A stretch of DNA of 64,000 bases from Eledone cirrhosa (lineage: Eukaryota). A program made the position numbers and the translations under genes. The stretch spans positions 107,260,001-107,324,000 of the forward strand of contig OZ024742.1 of NCBI GenBank assembly GCA_964016885.1, given 5' to 3'. Shown piece after piece: positions 25,974 through 38,350 of the stretch; position 1 is the first letter of the stretch; each line of letters opens with the position of its first letter. The notes below the pieces were generated by a model that was not told the origin of the DNA, searched no databases, and worked only from the letters and a program-made list of their open reading frames with translations.

Positions 25974-28886
25974 AGAAGACATCTAGAACTATATTATTCA
26001 ATGTTTTTCATTTCTAAGAAGGTAGTGCGCTATTTGAGGGAGATTTGACTACTGTTTCTAACAGCTCAAGCTCTTTCTCTGGTTTTTATATAAGAACTAT
26101 TTTTTAAGTTATATTCCCAACAATAGCTTAATATAACCAAAGAATAAGAGTAGAGTGAAACAGTTAAAGAAACTAGAAATGTTGAAATCCAAACAAATTG
26201 GATAAAATACAGTTAGGGACAAAAAATAAGTGGCCAGTAGCCACTACATAGAATCAAACTCTGAATCTCTTGGATTCCAGCCAAGTGCATTAACATTTAC
26301 ACCAAATTGCAGTTGACAACAGCTTCTGCTCAAATAAGGAACTATATACCATGGCTTTAGTTCCTAGAGCCGGAAGTAAACAATTTATTGAAGTGATTGG
26401 ATGATTTGAAATTAGAAATGTTGAGATCAAATCAAATCTGTGTTTGGATTTTCACAATTCTAATTTCAAATCATCAAAACGCCTTAATAAATCATAAGAT
26501 TTAATTATAGAGATGTGATTTAAATAAACAACTATTTCAATACTGTGTGTAATATTACCCACTTTGTCTTTGAATGTAAAGTGAAACAATTTAACGAAAC
26601 ATTATTTTAATACTGGACATAGCATAATCTACTGTTCCTTTGAAAATAGAATAAAGTGATTTAAGTCCCAGGCTCAGCTGTTTCTGGCTGAATGGACCTC
26701 TATCAAGGGTGTTCATAATCCCCACCTCTTTGACTTTGAAATGCTAGATTAGTTTTTGGTCTATGTGGAAAAGGGAGAAGGGGTAGAGTGCAAAGCTAGC
26801 AACCTCATCTCCATTAATCAAAATTGCTACAGAAGCAATGAAAGATACCCAATGTTTTATAAAGAGAAATGAACTAAAAGATGAAAAAAATCAACACAGA
26901 TGTGGTTTAATGTCAAAGCTACAGTCCTTAATAGTTAAGGTAGTGTTACCATATTTAATGTTTGGAGAATTTTAATGCTAACTGAAAATAATTATAAGGT
27001 GAAGAAAAAACATTATTGGTCAATGACTAATATTTTGATAATTTCAGCAAGTATGGGAAATTCTAGGCATATTTTGGTCTTATGACCTCATAAGCATATT
27101 TTGGTCTTGTGACCTCATTAGCAAAGTATAAACTTCACTGTATTTGCTAAAGTAGTGATGAAAGTATCACTAAATGTACAATTTTGTACATTGGTTAGCA
27201 TTAAAACAAAGAAATGTTTAGAGAATAATTAGCTCAGGCATGCCATTTCTATGAAAAACACTTGTTAAGTTGCTATTAGCATTTTTACTACTCTTTGCAT
27301 TAAATATGTTAAACAGTAACTTAACTATTGTTTTTCATGCAGATAGCATCTTTGAATGACAGTCCTTAATGATTGTAACCATTTCCCGCTGTTGTATTAA
27401 ACTACTTAGCTACCATTTATTTCTAATTACCATTTCTTAGTTGACCACAAATGAATAGGTCAATGTTATTACATTTCTTATCAATGCTTTTAGAATTACA
27501 ATTTCCCACTCACAACACTGAAAATGCTGCCTCTCAGTAGTTTTGCTATAAAATTTAATTGGCTGGATTAACTGTTGTCTTCTTGATGTATGCAATTATC
27601 TTCCCCAGAATACAGTCTACAATTAAAAACAAAAAAAAAAATGTTTTGTTTACAATACTTTTTTTTGGGTTAAAATCTTAAAGTTTGAGTGGATAAGGAA
27701 CTAGTCTATTGGTTAGAACATCAAGTATTTAAGTGATATTTGACCCTAGGCATTACCATTTCTAACCTTGCTCTATGTTGCAGAAATTATTTTTTAAATG
27801 AGGAACAGCTCACTATCATAGCAGTGATTGCACCATTTAGTTGATGTGTAGCTCTGAATTCAAATCCATTATAGGAGTATTTAAACCTGGCAGAACCCAT
27901 CCTTCTCCAGGTCTGAACATAGCTGATTTCTTATAGAGAAAGAGATATGGGAGAAAATTGGCCCCAATACTTGACTGAAATGATGGAAAGCAAAGTTGAC
28001 CTTGGTGGGGTTTGAACACAGAGAACAGAGAACCAGAACGATTACCACAATGAATTCTACCTAATGTTCTAATGACTTTGCTGATTTGATGCCTTAAGAA
28101 TACAGTACTCAAGCGAAGCTACTGACCTCACAGATCAGCCATGAGCCTACATCTTTCTTACATAAGTTCCTATGCTCTACCTAGTGTATTTTATTATGGC
28201 ACAAGCACTAAGGAGGTTGCCTTGTCTTTGACACAGTTGAATCTTTGTTTGGTAGGTTTTCTATGACTGGATGCCCTTCCTATCATCAATCACTAAGTCC
28301 TTGAAAACTATATAAAAGTAATTATAACTATTTCATCATGGTTTGGAAACAGTACATAATAATGATGATGGTGGTGTTGATGACATCATCAAGGTATTCT
28401 TCTATCTATCTATCTATCCATCTGTACATCCAATTACTGTAGTTGGAGCTAACATACTTATCTTATAGACAAACACATAAAAATATGTACAGTTTTTCAT
28501 CTCAGCCAGTGATTTTAGTTTCCTGCATTGTTTTTTTGTTAGAATTAGTTACTTAACAAATAATATCCTAACAAGATCCTATTTGATGTTTTATTGTGGT
28601 CTTCTGCTGTTTAATAACTCACATTAGCAGAGCTTCTTTATCCGTGTTCACTTTTAAATGTGTAATTTGTTCAGTAATTTTGGTTATATTTCGTAAATTA
28701 GCATGAAATATTATTGGGAGTAAAGTATATACTTTACACACACAGATTCAACTTGATAGAAAAATGTCCATTCTAAAGCAGGTGTAGTGGTCATTTTAGT
28801 TGTGACAGAAGAGGAAACTGTAAAAGTTAATAGTCAAGAAGGTTGCTGTAGCAGCAGAGACAGATGAAAGAGCTAATGCTCCAGAG

Positions 28887-29080
28887 CAGTGGTTCTCAAC
28901 CTTTATTTAGTTATGGATCCCTTTGCTTCTTATTTTACACTGGTGGACTTCTGTAGCCATTTGATGTTTAGAAAATCCTATTGTATTTTTATAATTAAAT
29001 ATTATTCGGAATTGTATCAAATATTGTTAAAATATCTTGTATAAACTTTAGCAACTAACTAAATGTTTATTAGTTAAATA
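28887..29080 (+). mobile_element. hAT (Charlie-like) transposon left end
   Basis: CAGTGGTTCTCAACC terminus preceded by CTCCAGAG, resembling the Charlie target; right end not securely found. Confidence 0.55.
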
Positions 29081-29094
29081 AATCACAAATATGC

Positions 29095-29290
29095 CTGTGG
29101 AGAGAAGCTGCAGTAAATGGAGACCAAGGAAGACCTGGGCAGAGTGAGTGAGGGCTGATCTCAAATTGCTGCGACTCACAGAGGAGATAACAAAGGAACG
29201 TGGCTAGTGGAGAGATACTAAACTAAAGAGGACCTGTCCAACACATGCAAGTGTGGAAAAATTTGTAGAAAATCGACAATAATGATGATA
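29095..29290 (+). mobile_element. Short RTE LINE 3' end
   Basis: Homologous to 8440-8630 (GACCAAGGAAGACCTGGGCAGAG...GGACCTGTCCAAC). Confidence 0.85.
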
Positions 29291-31540
29291 CAAAAATATA
29301 TTTATTTTTTAGATAAAGATACTACTTCAGTAGTACTTTTTTCAATGTGAGCCTTGTGGTTGATGCTGCTCTGTTAGTTTTGCAATATTCAGTCCCAACA
29401 TTGTCAATGATAATCACAGATCACCTCTCTGTACAAGTAGTGATCAGCTGTACCCAACGTCAGCAAGTCTCCTCGTAAAATAAAGTAGGGACAATATTCT
29501 TTGTTTGTTTGTGTGTGTGTGTGTGTCCCGATAAAAGAGCTAATAATCTAGATCTAGTAGGTAGATACCCATTAGATGATTAGTTGTTCCATCTGCCTCT
29601 TCTGCTGCAACTAAAATAATCTCTGCTCCTCTGAATTTACTGACTGTTTTCCACTTTACCTTAAACATACTTGATACATCAACTTCTTTTGTCACTCCAT
29701 AGTAAAGACTAGTATGTCTTTGCTTCCCAGAATGGGACTTCTCTGTCATATCCTCTCCACTTCTGTCATCAATTAAACATCAATTAAATTGGTTCTCTTC
29801 TACTACTTTAGAAGAAAGCAAACAAGTTCAGGTAAGTAGTCACTGTTTTAGTAACTGTAGGAGAAACAAGTTGAGAACATTAGAAGATGTCAGCAAGTTT
29901 GTACTGACAGTTCTACGGATCATGTGGATGGCTCTCACCTTGAGCGCAGCTCAGCTTAGAGAGGTGTCATGTGGATATCTCACTTGAAGTAATCAGATGA
30001 AGGGGGTGGAATTAAGGTTTGTGATGCTGGTGGTAAAAACATGGGTCTGAAAATAAAGTTGTCAGATATGAAATAGGTTAACAAAGGAAATTGTTATTTC
30101 TATGGTTTGGAGCATATAGAGTGGAATGGGGATAAGGCAGTAGAAAATAGTTGAGGAAGGGTAATAATTGTTTCTACTTTTCTCACAAGGTCAGCAATTA
30201 TCCCAGTGCATTGTTGGTGCTTTATTTTATAGACCCCGTAAGGATGAAAGGCAAAGTTAACTTCAGCGGGATTTTAACTCAGACCGTAAAGGGCCATAAC
30301 TCTGTGTTGCAAAGCATGGTGATACTCTGTCAATCCTGCCAATCCACCAAATAATACAGGCGCACCAGGAAGTAATGGTTTTGAAATGATAAAAATGTCA
30401 ATATTTTTTCCATCTATCATATCACCCTGGTTCCATTTTGAGGTTTTCATTACATTAAAAGATCACAATTTCCGAACTGTGAGAATAAATTGCCAGTCTG
30501 TTGCAGATTAACTTTTCTCAAGTGGATTGGAATCTGTTTTTTAGCTAGGTAAATCAATTTGATTGAATGTCCTGTAGAGGTCAGTGTAACATATGGATCC
30601 AATTTCTGTGAAACATATTCTTTTACTGGCATCTTTTGAAAATAACATGAAGCATGAACCAACAAGGGATTAGTTCAAGCTGCTAGAAATAGCAGCTTAA
30701 TTCACTCAAATCACACCCTTCTCCTTTAAGAAAAGAAAGGATACATTTAATAACAGCCGTAGATATCCCTAAAGAAACAGTGTAGTCAAGGCTTCAATTG
30801 GTCATGTTGCTTCCACATCAAGAGACTTAGTTGCATCAAGAAGCTATATCTTACATCAGTTGTCACTTTCATCTAGCAATTAACTACTGTTAATCATCAT
30901 AAGTCTGTTTAATTAGGGCTCACCTAAGGCTAAAATATTAGTGGAAGATTCATGCTAAAATAATGGCATGAAAGTGGTGAAGATGATTTCTTTCTACATT
31001 CTATCAAGAGAAATTGAATAGACCTCCATCATTTTCAATGATAAGTGCTCCAGTTGTTTGATCATTGGAATAGCCTGCTCATGAAATTAAAGTATAATGG
31101 GCTGAGCATTCCATAGACATGCATGCCCTTAATGTAATTCTTGGAGAGATTTAGCATGGCACAGAGTGTGATAAGGCTGACCCTTTGTATTACAGGTACA
31201 GTCCATTTGATGGACTTCCAAATAGTAAACATTCGGCTAATTTCACTCACAAGGCATGTGTTGACCTGAGGCTATAGTAAATGAAACATGCCCAAGATAC
31301 CACACAGTGAGAATGAAACTGCAATATAATGATTGTGTAGCAAACTCCTTAACCATTTGGTCATGTTGCTTCCACATCAAGAGACTTAGTTGCATCAAGA
31401 AGCTATATCTTACATCAGTTGTCACGTTCATCTAGCAATTAACTACTGTTAATCATCTCTCCACCAGTTTAGTTAACTGTCTCTCTTATCCTTTAGTGCT
31501 GCTATCTCATTAGCTGTGAATAAATATTGCCACCTCAATA

Positions 31541-31545
<5 letters not shown>

Positions 31546-31615
<70 letters not shown>
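31546..31615. repeat. (CT)n microsatellite
   Basis: Direct read. Confidence 0.98.
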
Positions 31616-31620
<5 letters not shown>

Positions 31621-32340
31621 AGCTACAAAAACAAATTAGGCTTAAGTCAAGCCAAAATCAAACCACATAGGTTAAGGCCTGCTGTATTAACTATTTATCT
31701 GTTGCACTTTACGAACACTGTCTTGTCACAATGATGAAATGCTTTCCATGTTCAATAATTTCACAAGCAATATACTGTAGTTAAGTTAACTTATCTATTA
31801 CATCTATTCTAAAAATAATGACTTAAGTACCAGAAATAGCCGTATTTTTTGAACGATAGAAATGTGTTGATCTGTTGTATTTAGCTTTTAAGTAAAATGC
31901 ATTATATGGCTCATTTATCACAACTGTCCTAAATCATTTGTATGACTTCAAGAAATAGAAATGTATTTTAATGCCTTATTTCGTGTCTCAAGATAACTCT
32001 CATGCTTTTTTTTCTTTTTCTTTTTTTAATCAAAGGCTTTAACTCTTAACATCCTATATTGGTTTAGCAGAAAATATTTAAAAATGGGTTTGATTATTCA
32101 AATATCTATATCTATTAGTGGACAAATCTTTGTGAAAATCTGCAACATTAGGCTAAAGACTTTTAATGTGATGTTTTGTATGTTTCAATAATACATTGTT
32201 AATGTGGTTTCATGTGGTATAGGATGTTAAGGGTTAAGTCATTGATTGATGAGTTTACTGTGTCTTAATGTTGTTTTATTGTATTTTGATATATTCTGAA
32301 TTTTCTTTCTACATCTTTTGTGCAGTTGCTGTGAAAGAGC

Positions 32341-32535
32341 ATGGGCCAGAGACGCAGTAAATGTGCACCGGAGTATTATTCTTCATCAGACAGCGACCTT
32401 AATACTGACACAGGTGCTTCAAGCAGTTCTCGCAAACAATCAAAATCCTCTCTTCCTTCTCCAACCGACAAGATGTCTTTCTTCCGAAAGCAAAGTGATG
32501 AGGCAAAGCGGCGGTTTGAATATCAAATGCATTTA
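32341..32535 (+). CDS. LRSAM1: LRSAM1-like E3 ubiquitin ligase, first coding exon (exon acceptor at 32326)
   Basis: Translates MGQRRSKC...DKMSFFRKQSDEAKRRFEYQMHL; the last 21 aa resemble the recalled vertebrate LRSAM1 start ([24 protein letters not shown]). Polypyrimidine tract + tgcag acceptor ends at 32325, in-frame TGA upstream of the ATG, gtgagt donor at 32536. Confidence 0.9.
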
Positions 32536-33473
32536 GTGAGTATGTTTTTGATGCTGTTGCCTGGCTGGGATTTATTACTTCTTTGACCTTCAATTTTATA
32601 ATCAGTTTTATCCATTTCATTGATTGTATTAAAAACGCTATTTAAATCAATTTAGTGTATTATTATTAGGGGTTGATAAAATAAAGTTCCAGTTGAGTAT
32701 TTAGCTTGATGTAACAGACTAGCACCTCCCCTCAAATTTCTGGTCTTCTACCTATGATAGAAAGTATTATTATTTTGTATGGTTTGCACAGTGAATATGA
32801 TAATTGCAGTATCTTCTACTGCCTATCAGGTGTTAACATGGACCTTAGACGAATAGTTCTTTTTTTAGTATATGGTTAATATTTTGTTGGAGAGTAATTT
32901 GTGATTCCAGATCTATTTGCTTAAGATACTCTATCTTTAATATTACAAATTTTCACAACAATCTTTCCACTAATAAAGATACTACAGGCATTTGAATTAA
33001 TATACCTGTTTTTAAAGACATTTTCTGTTAAATCCTTACAGGATGTTTAGAGTTGAAGGATGCAATGCAATGACAGAAATGGAATTTGATCTACAGAATC
33101 TTAGATTGCTAAACTGGCACTGTTGAATTAACCTATCGGGATTTTTATTGTGAGAAAGACAAACCATTCTCTAGATATTGATTTTTCTACAGAGGCCCAA
33201 GGCCTGAAATTTCTGTGGAAAATAGTCTAGTGCATTGCATTGACATAGTACATATGTAGTACTCATTTTCTTGACCTTGGATAAGCTGAAAACAAAAAAT
33301 AAATCCCCAAAATATTTGAACTGAGAATAAGAAAGTAGGAAATTAAATATGGTAATGGCATTTAGTCTGTTTCTGTTCTGATTGTAGTACTCAGTGAACT
33401 TACTGTTCCCTAAATATTCAATCTGTGTTTGTATGTGTTTATATTTATGTAGATATTTCTTCTTCTTTGATAG

Positions 33474-33527
33474 GCTGAAGATAATCCAGAACCCATTTTT
33501 GATGTTTCCAACAGTCAAATTAGTGAG
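33474..33527 (+). CDS. LRSAM1: LRSAM1-like coding exon 2 (54 nt)
   Basis: ttctttgatag|GCT...GAG|gtaaag; AEDNPEPIFDVSNSQISE aligns to recalled AKEAGADDILDISKCELSE; phase 0/0. Confidence 0.88.
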
Positions 33528-34226
33528 GTAAAGGAAGATTTTATTGTTATTGTTATTGTTTAGAAATATTGGTTCTCATTTAATTATATCATTGCTGGTT
33601 TTCAACCAACCTTGAATTAATCTATGTTCTGTGATCTTGACCACATGTTTTACTATCTCAATAGCTCTGGACACTTGCTAAAACTTGACAAAATACAATT
33701 GAGCAGCATAAAAAATTAAAGCTTTATTATCTAGGATGCCATATTTGTGAAGATAGGATATTACCATCAGCTATGTCAAAGAAGAGACAACTTTCCTAGC
33801 CCTGATGCCATGATAATGCACTCAGTAGAATGCAGAAACATATGTAAGCATGATGCAGGCTCCTGGCCCATCTAAGAGGTCAGTAACTCTGTTTGAGTAC
33901 TGATTCGGTCAGTGGAGACCTGTCCAGCCCTTGCTAGCAGGGGAAACGGATGTTAAAATGATGATGTTTGGTGAAATATGCACTGAAGCAGAGTAGCTGC
34001 CATTTTAGCAGGGAAGCTATTTTGTCTGTGTCGTCTATTTTAGTGGAGTTCTATTATCTTTGGGCAACCTCTATGATCTTTTGCAGGGCCTTAGATCAGG
34101 GAGCAAGAAATCTCAAGATGAAGTCTTTCACCCCAAAACAGACATTCAATCTGATGGGCTCCACCAGTTACCATCTACCTAGTCTAACTCTTGATATCAC
34201 TTGGATTGTCACAGAGCTCAAACAGA

Positions 34227-34923
34227 TACCATCTACCAGTCTAACCATTGATGTCACTAGGCTTCACATTAGTTACCATCTACCCAATCTAACCATTGAT
34301 CTCACTAGGCTTCACATTAGTTACCATCTACCCAATCTAACCATTGATGTCACTAGGCTTCACATTAGTTACCATCTACCAGTCTAACCATTGATGTCAC
34401 TAGGCTTCACATTATTTACCATCTACCAGTCTAACCATTCATGTCACTAGGCTTCACATTAGTTACCATCTACCCAATCTAACCATTGATGTCACTAGGC
34501 TTCACATTAGTTACCATCTACCAGTCTAACCATTGATGTCACTAGGCTTCACATTAGTTACCATCTACTCAATCTAACCATTGATGTCACTAGGCTTCAC
34601 ATTAGTTACCATCTACCAGTCTAACCATTGATGTCACTAGGCTTCACATTAGTTACCATCTACCCAATGTAACCATTGATGTCACTAGGCTTCACATTAG
34701 TTACCATCTACCAGTCTAACCATTGATGTCACTAGGCTTCACATTAGTTACCATCTACCCAATGTAACCATTGATGTCACTAGGCTTCACATTAGTTTCC
34801 ATCTACCCAGTCTAACCATTGATGTCACTAGGCTTCACATTAGTTACCATCTACCAATCTAACCATTGATGTCACTAGGCTTCACATTAGTTACCATCTA
34901 CCAGTCTAACCATTAATGTCACA
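34227..34923. repeat. 47/48-bp minisatellite (AGTTACCATCTACC[C]ARTCTAACCATTGATGTCACTAGGCTTCACATT), about 14-15 copies, intronic
   Basis: Unit starts at 34271, 34319, 34367, 34414, 34461, 34509; a diverged copy lies at about 34167-34215. Confidence 0.97.
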
Positions 34924-35369
34924 GTTCATATAAAATGTCTGGAAAATTTTTATATGAACTGCCACTGTTGTTGATTTATTGTTGTTGTTGTTGTTGAAAT
35001 GACCTTGGTTGTTATAATGATATTTCCTATTCCAGCTGGTTGCTATGGTGACTACTGTAGTTAGCAAGAATTTAATGTCAATTAAAATCAATGTAAACAG
35101 AAGGGAACACAATAATGGTGATAGTGATGGTATTAAGAATGACTAATGGTGACAATGATAATGATTATAATCTTGATGATGATGAGTGTTATTATGGTGA
35201 TAATCATGATGATGCAATGAATATCCTGGTGGTTACAATAAGGATAGCAATGATGATGTTAGTGAAAATGCTGATAAAAATGAAGCAGCTGATGATGATC
35301 AAAATGCTGCTGCTGATGATGATAACTTCTTAATGAAATCATTCTGAACCCTATAATATCTATTTGCAG

Positions 35370-35414
35370 ATCCCTTCCAATGTGTTCTCTCTCTGTAAAG
35401 TCCTGAACAAAGAG
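35370..35414 (+). CDS. LRSAM1: LRSAM1-like coding exon 3 (45 nt)
   Basis: tatttgcag|ATC...GAG|gtaagg; IPSNVFSLCKVLNKE vs recalled IPFGAFATCKVLQKK; phase 0/0. Confidence 0.9.
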
Positions 35415-35549
35415 GTAAGGCATCAATTTAAGGAAATATTGTTTTTATTGTTGTTTAACCCTGATCAGCCCAAATTTCAGCAAACCTATCACCAAAGGTG
35501 CTTCAGCCATACCTCACTTGTTATTTTGTTTTTAATATCAGGCTTGAGA

Positions 35550-35745
35550 GTGGTAGATTGGCAGAATTCTTAAAGTGTTGGATGAAATGCTTTGTGGCAT
35601 TTGTCCCAGCTCTTTACATCCAGAGTTTAAATCCACTGAGGTCAATTTTGCCTTTCATCCTTCTAAGATTGTTAAAATAAAATACTAATTTACTGGGGTT
35701 AATATAATTTCCCAACCCCAAAATTGCCTTGTGCCAAAATTAAAA
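35550..35745 (+). mobile_element. Abundant octopus-type SINE (Nin-domain-like); other copies near 1-125, 11700-11830, 23030-23170, 36730-36865 (+) and 22840-22960, 24770-24900, 27900-28030, 30195-30290 (-)
   Basis: Shared GAGTTCAAATCC...GAGGTCAACTTTGCCTTTCATCC...GATAAAATAAAGTACCAG block including a B-box-like GTTCAAAT. Confidence 0.75.
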
Positions 35746-35754
35746 ATCCTGTAA

Positions 35755-35890
35755 GGCTCAGTATATCTAGGACACATTGGATAATGTATCATGTCCTTTC
35801 CTTTCAAAACAGTTGGATGTGATTTGAAGGGATTTAGCTGCTATCTTTCGCAGACCAAATCACTCAGTAGTATCTCTCTTGTTGGCTCAT
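35755..35890 (+). repeat. Dispersed repeat GTGTGATTTGAGGGAGATTTGGCTGCTATTTCTAGCAGG; copies near 1390, 10220, 11545, 23410, 25135, 26025, 37270, 39675 (+) and 22540, 30680 (-)
   Basis: About ten recognisable diverged copies, usually preceded by TCTAGRACTACATTATCYAAT; class not determined. Confidence 0.75.
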
Positions 35891-36399
35891 TGAATGAGAT
35901 TGTGAGTGATGATGCAAGTGACTGCTGTTGTTTTTGTAGTGGCTGTTGATAATCCATGGAACTAAGCCTGAGGTAAATGGAATACAGAAGAATTTTATTT
36001 TTCAGTTATGCTGTTTGTGTTGAGCTGGGATTGCCACATCTCAGTTGTGATAACACATTCAGATTATTGAGAAATTATTTGATAATTAAAATGAATATAG
36101 TAATTCAAATACAATTGTGTTTCCTGCAGAAGCAAGTAATAGCAATTAATTTTGATCCTGCAAAAGGTTCTTAATTTTATTTTCCTAAGTTAGTTAGTTC
36201 CTCAACAAGCTCTGTCATGAGTCTACTCCCAGCTCAGGCCAAGCGCACCTCTGCCAAGTCCTCATTCACAGACATCAACTGAGTCTTGCCTCCTTCACAC
36301 ATGGCAACAAGACAATGAGTAGAGGTGCTTCAATAAGTACATCAAAAGGTATTGTAGTAGGGACGAGAAGATATGACTGGAGGAGGACAAGGGTGCAGA

Positions 36400-36615
36400 A
36401 AAAACAGCTGTGAGAAATGATGCAAGAGGTCTTTACAGAATAGTGAAAGAGTTGGCAGAAGTTAGAAGTGGTTCATGTGTGCCAATTAAGAATAAGGATG
36501 GTCAAACATGGATAACAAGTGAGGAACAATCAGCCTGGTAGTTAGAACATTTTCAGGAAGTAGTGAATTGGCTGGACCTGATCAACCTCTTTGATTTTAT
36601 TCAAGAGAGGCCTTG
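36400..36615 (+). mobile_element. RTE LINE internal fragment (endonuclease-RT linker)
   Basis: PIKNKDGQTWITSEEQSAW*LEHFQEVVN resembles the RW.EHF..LLN linker motif. Confidence 0.7.
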
Positions 36616-37433
36616 AGTGAATCACCTGCATGGGACAGATTCCTAACTTAACCAAAGTTTATTGTGTGGTGATTGGAATTTATAAATTTGAGTATAGTTT
36701 ATTAATTAAGTGATGCATAACTTTGTTAAGGCAGTTGATTTGGCAGAGTCGTTAGAGAGCTAGATATTTGTTCCTTATCTCTAAGTTTGGAGTTCAAATT
36801 GCACCAGGATCCACTTTGCATTTCACCTTTGTGGGATTGATAAAGAAAACACCAATCCAGTGCTGGTGCAGCTCTCTATCCTTCAAGCTATCACATCCTG
36901 GATCTTATGCTTGGTCAAAGAGAAAGGATTGAGAAGGTGTCTGCATCTGCTTGCGACTGCATGGACACCTAAAATCCTTAGTGAAAAAATGGTAAATACT
37001 ATCAAGTCACACTCAATAGTGGGTGATGACTTTAGTAGTTTGCATAAATTTGTTATATGTTAACTAGAATTTGTAAAATTGAGTGTGGTTTATAAATTGA
37101 GTGGCTTATAACTTTATTGTAGAGTGATCAGAATTTGTAAAAGTGTAGTTGTTGTTCTTGTAGCTCTTGGTCAGCCATGTTTAAGTAGACATATGATCAA
37201 AACCATTCCAACTGTGGCTTTCCTGTTGCTTTTTAGACACAGTGCACCCAAGACTACATTATCCAATGTGTGATTTAGTTGCTATTTCTAGCACAAGTTC
37301 TTGCATCCCATTTTAAGTGAAATTTATGAATTGAACAGTACAACTTTATTGCATTGATTTTTTTTTCCAGGTTGTATTTAGAATTGATTTTGATTTTGAA
37401 AAACTATTTTTATCAATATATTTTCCTCTGTAG

Positions 37434-37511
37434 ATTTTGTTGCTTCATGATAATTGGTTAACTTCTCTAAAAGCTGGTGATTGTGGAATGAGTGATTTGG
37501 TAAAAATTCGG
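37434..37511 (+). CDS. LRSAM1: LRSAM1-like coding exon 4 (78 nt, LRR)
   Basis: ttttcctctgtag|ATT...CGG|gtaagt; ILLLHDNWLTSLKAGDCGMSDLVKIR fits the LxLxxNxL LRR pattern, vs recalled [26 protein letters not shown]. Confidence 0.9.
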
Positions 37512-37713
37512 GTAAGTTACTTATACTCTTATATCCCCACACTATTGTGTGCAAGTTTGTGTGTGTGTTCATATTTGTACCTCTTAGACTGGAGTTTCTA
37601 TGAATCCAACTACATTTCTATCCCTTCAAATCTTCAATTTTAAATAATTTGTAGTTTTTTTTTAAATTTATTGTTTATAGCCATACTCTAAGACATATTG
37701 CTTGCTCTCCCAG

Positions 37714-38350
37714 AGTGCTGTTGCCGTAACAAAAATCACTCAGTCCACCCTGTAAGGTGGTAGTGCTGTTGCCATAACAAAAATCACTCAGTCCACCCTG
37801 TAAGGTGGTAGTGCTGTTGCCATAACAAAAATCACTCAGTCCACCCTGTAAGGTGGTAGTGCTGTTGCCATAACAAAAATCACTCAGTCCACCCTGTAAG
37901 GTGATAGTGCTGATACCATAACAAAAATCACTCAGTCCACCCTGTAAGGTGGTAGTGCTGATACCATAACAAAAATCACTCAGTCCACCCTGTAAGGTGG
38001 TAGTGCTGATACCATAACAAAAATCACTCAGTCCACCCTGTAAGGTGGTAGTGCTGTTGCCATAACAAAAATCACTCAGTCCACCCTGTAAGGTGATAGT
38101 GCTGATACCATAACAAAAATCACTCAGTCCACCCTGTAAGGTGGTAGTGCTGATACCATAACAAAAATCACTCAGTCCACCCTGTAAGGTGATAGTGCTG
38201 ATGCCATAACAAAAAGCATCCAGTCCACCTTATATGGTGGTAGTGCTGTTCCCACATCAAAATGCATCCAATCCACCCTGTAAGGTGACAGTGGTGGTGC
38301 CACAACAAAAAAAGCACCCAGTCCATCCTGTAAGGTGACAGTGGTAGTGC
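37714..38350 (+). repeat. 48-bp minisatellite (TAGTGCTGTTGCCATAACAAAAATCACTCAGTCCACCCTGTAAGGTGG), about 13 copies, fused to a retroposon 3' tail ending near 38470
   Basis: Tandem units grade into AAAAGCACCCAGTCC...GAAGGGCATCCAGCTGTAGAAAA, the module seen in dispersed copies. Confidence 0.95.

Noticed and set aside
26235-26310. tRNA gene on the minus strand
   Set aside because: Degenerate A/B boxes and no convincing acceptor stem; more likely a decayed SINE head.
26370-26377. ETS motif CCGGAAGT as the LRSAM1 promoter
   Set aside because: Single motif beside a SINE-like relic without other CpG support; kept only as an alternative.
32536-32586. C-terminal part of ORF 32341-32586
   Set aside because: Read-through past a strong gtgagt donor; homology continues in the next exon.
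33968-34387. 139-aa ORF
   Set aside because: Open frame arises from 48-bp minisatellite units inside an intron.
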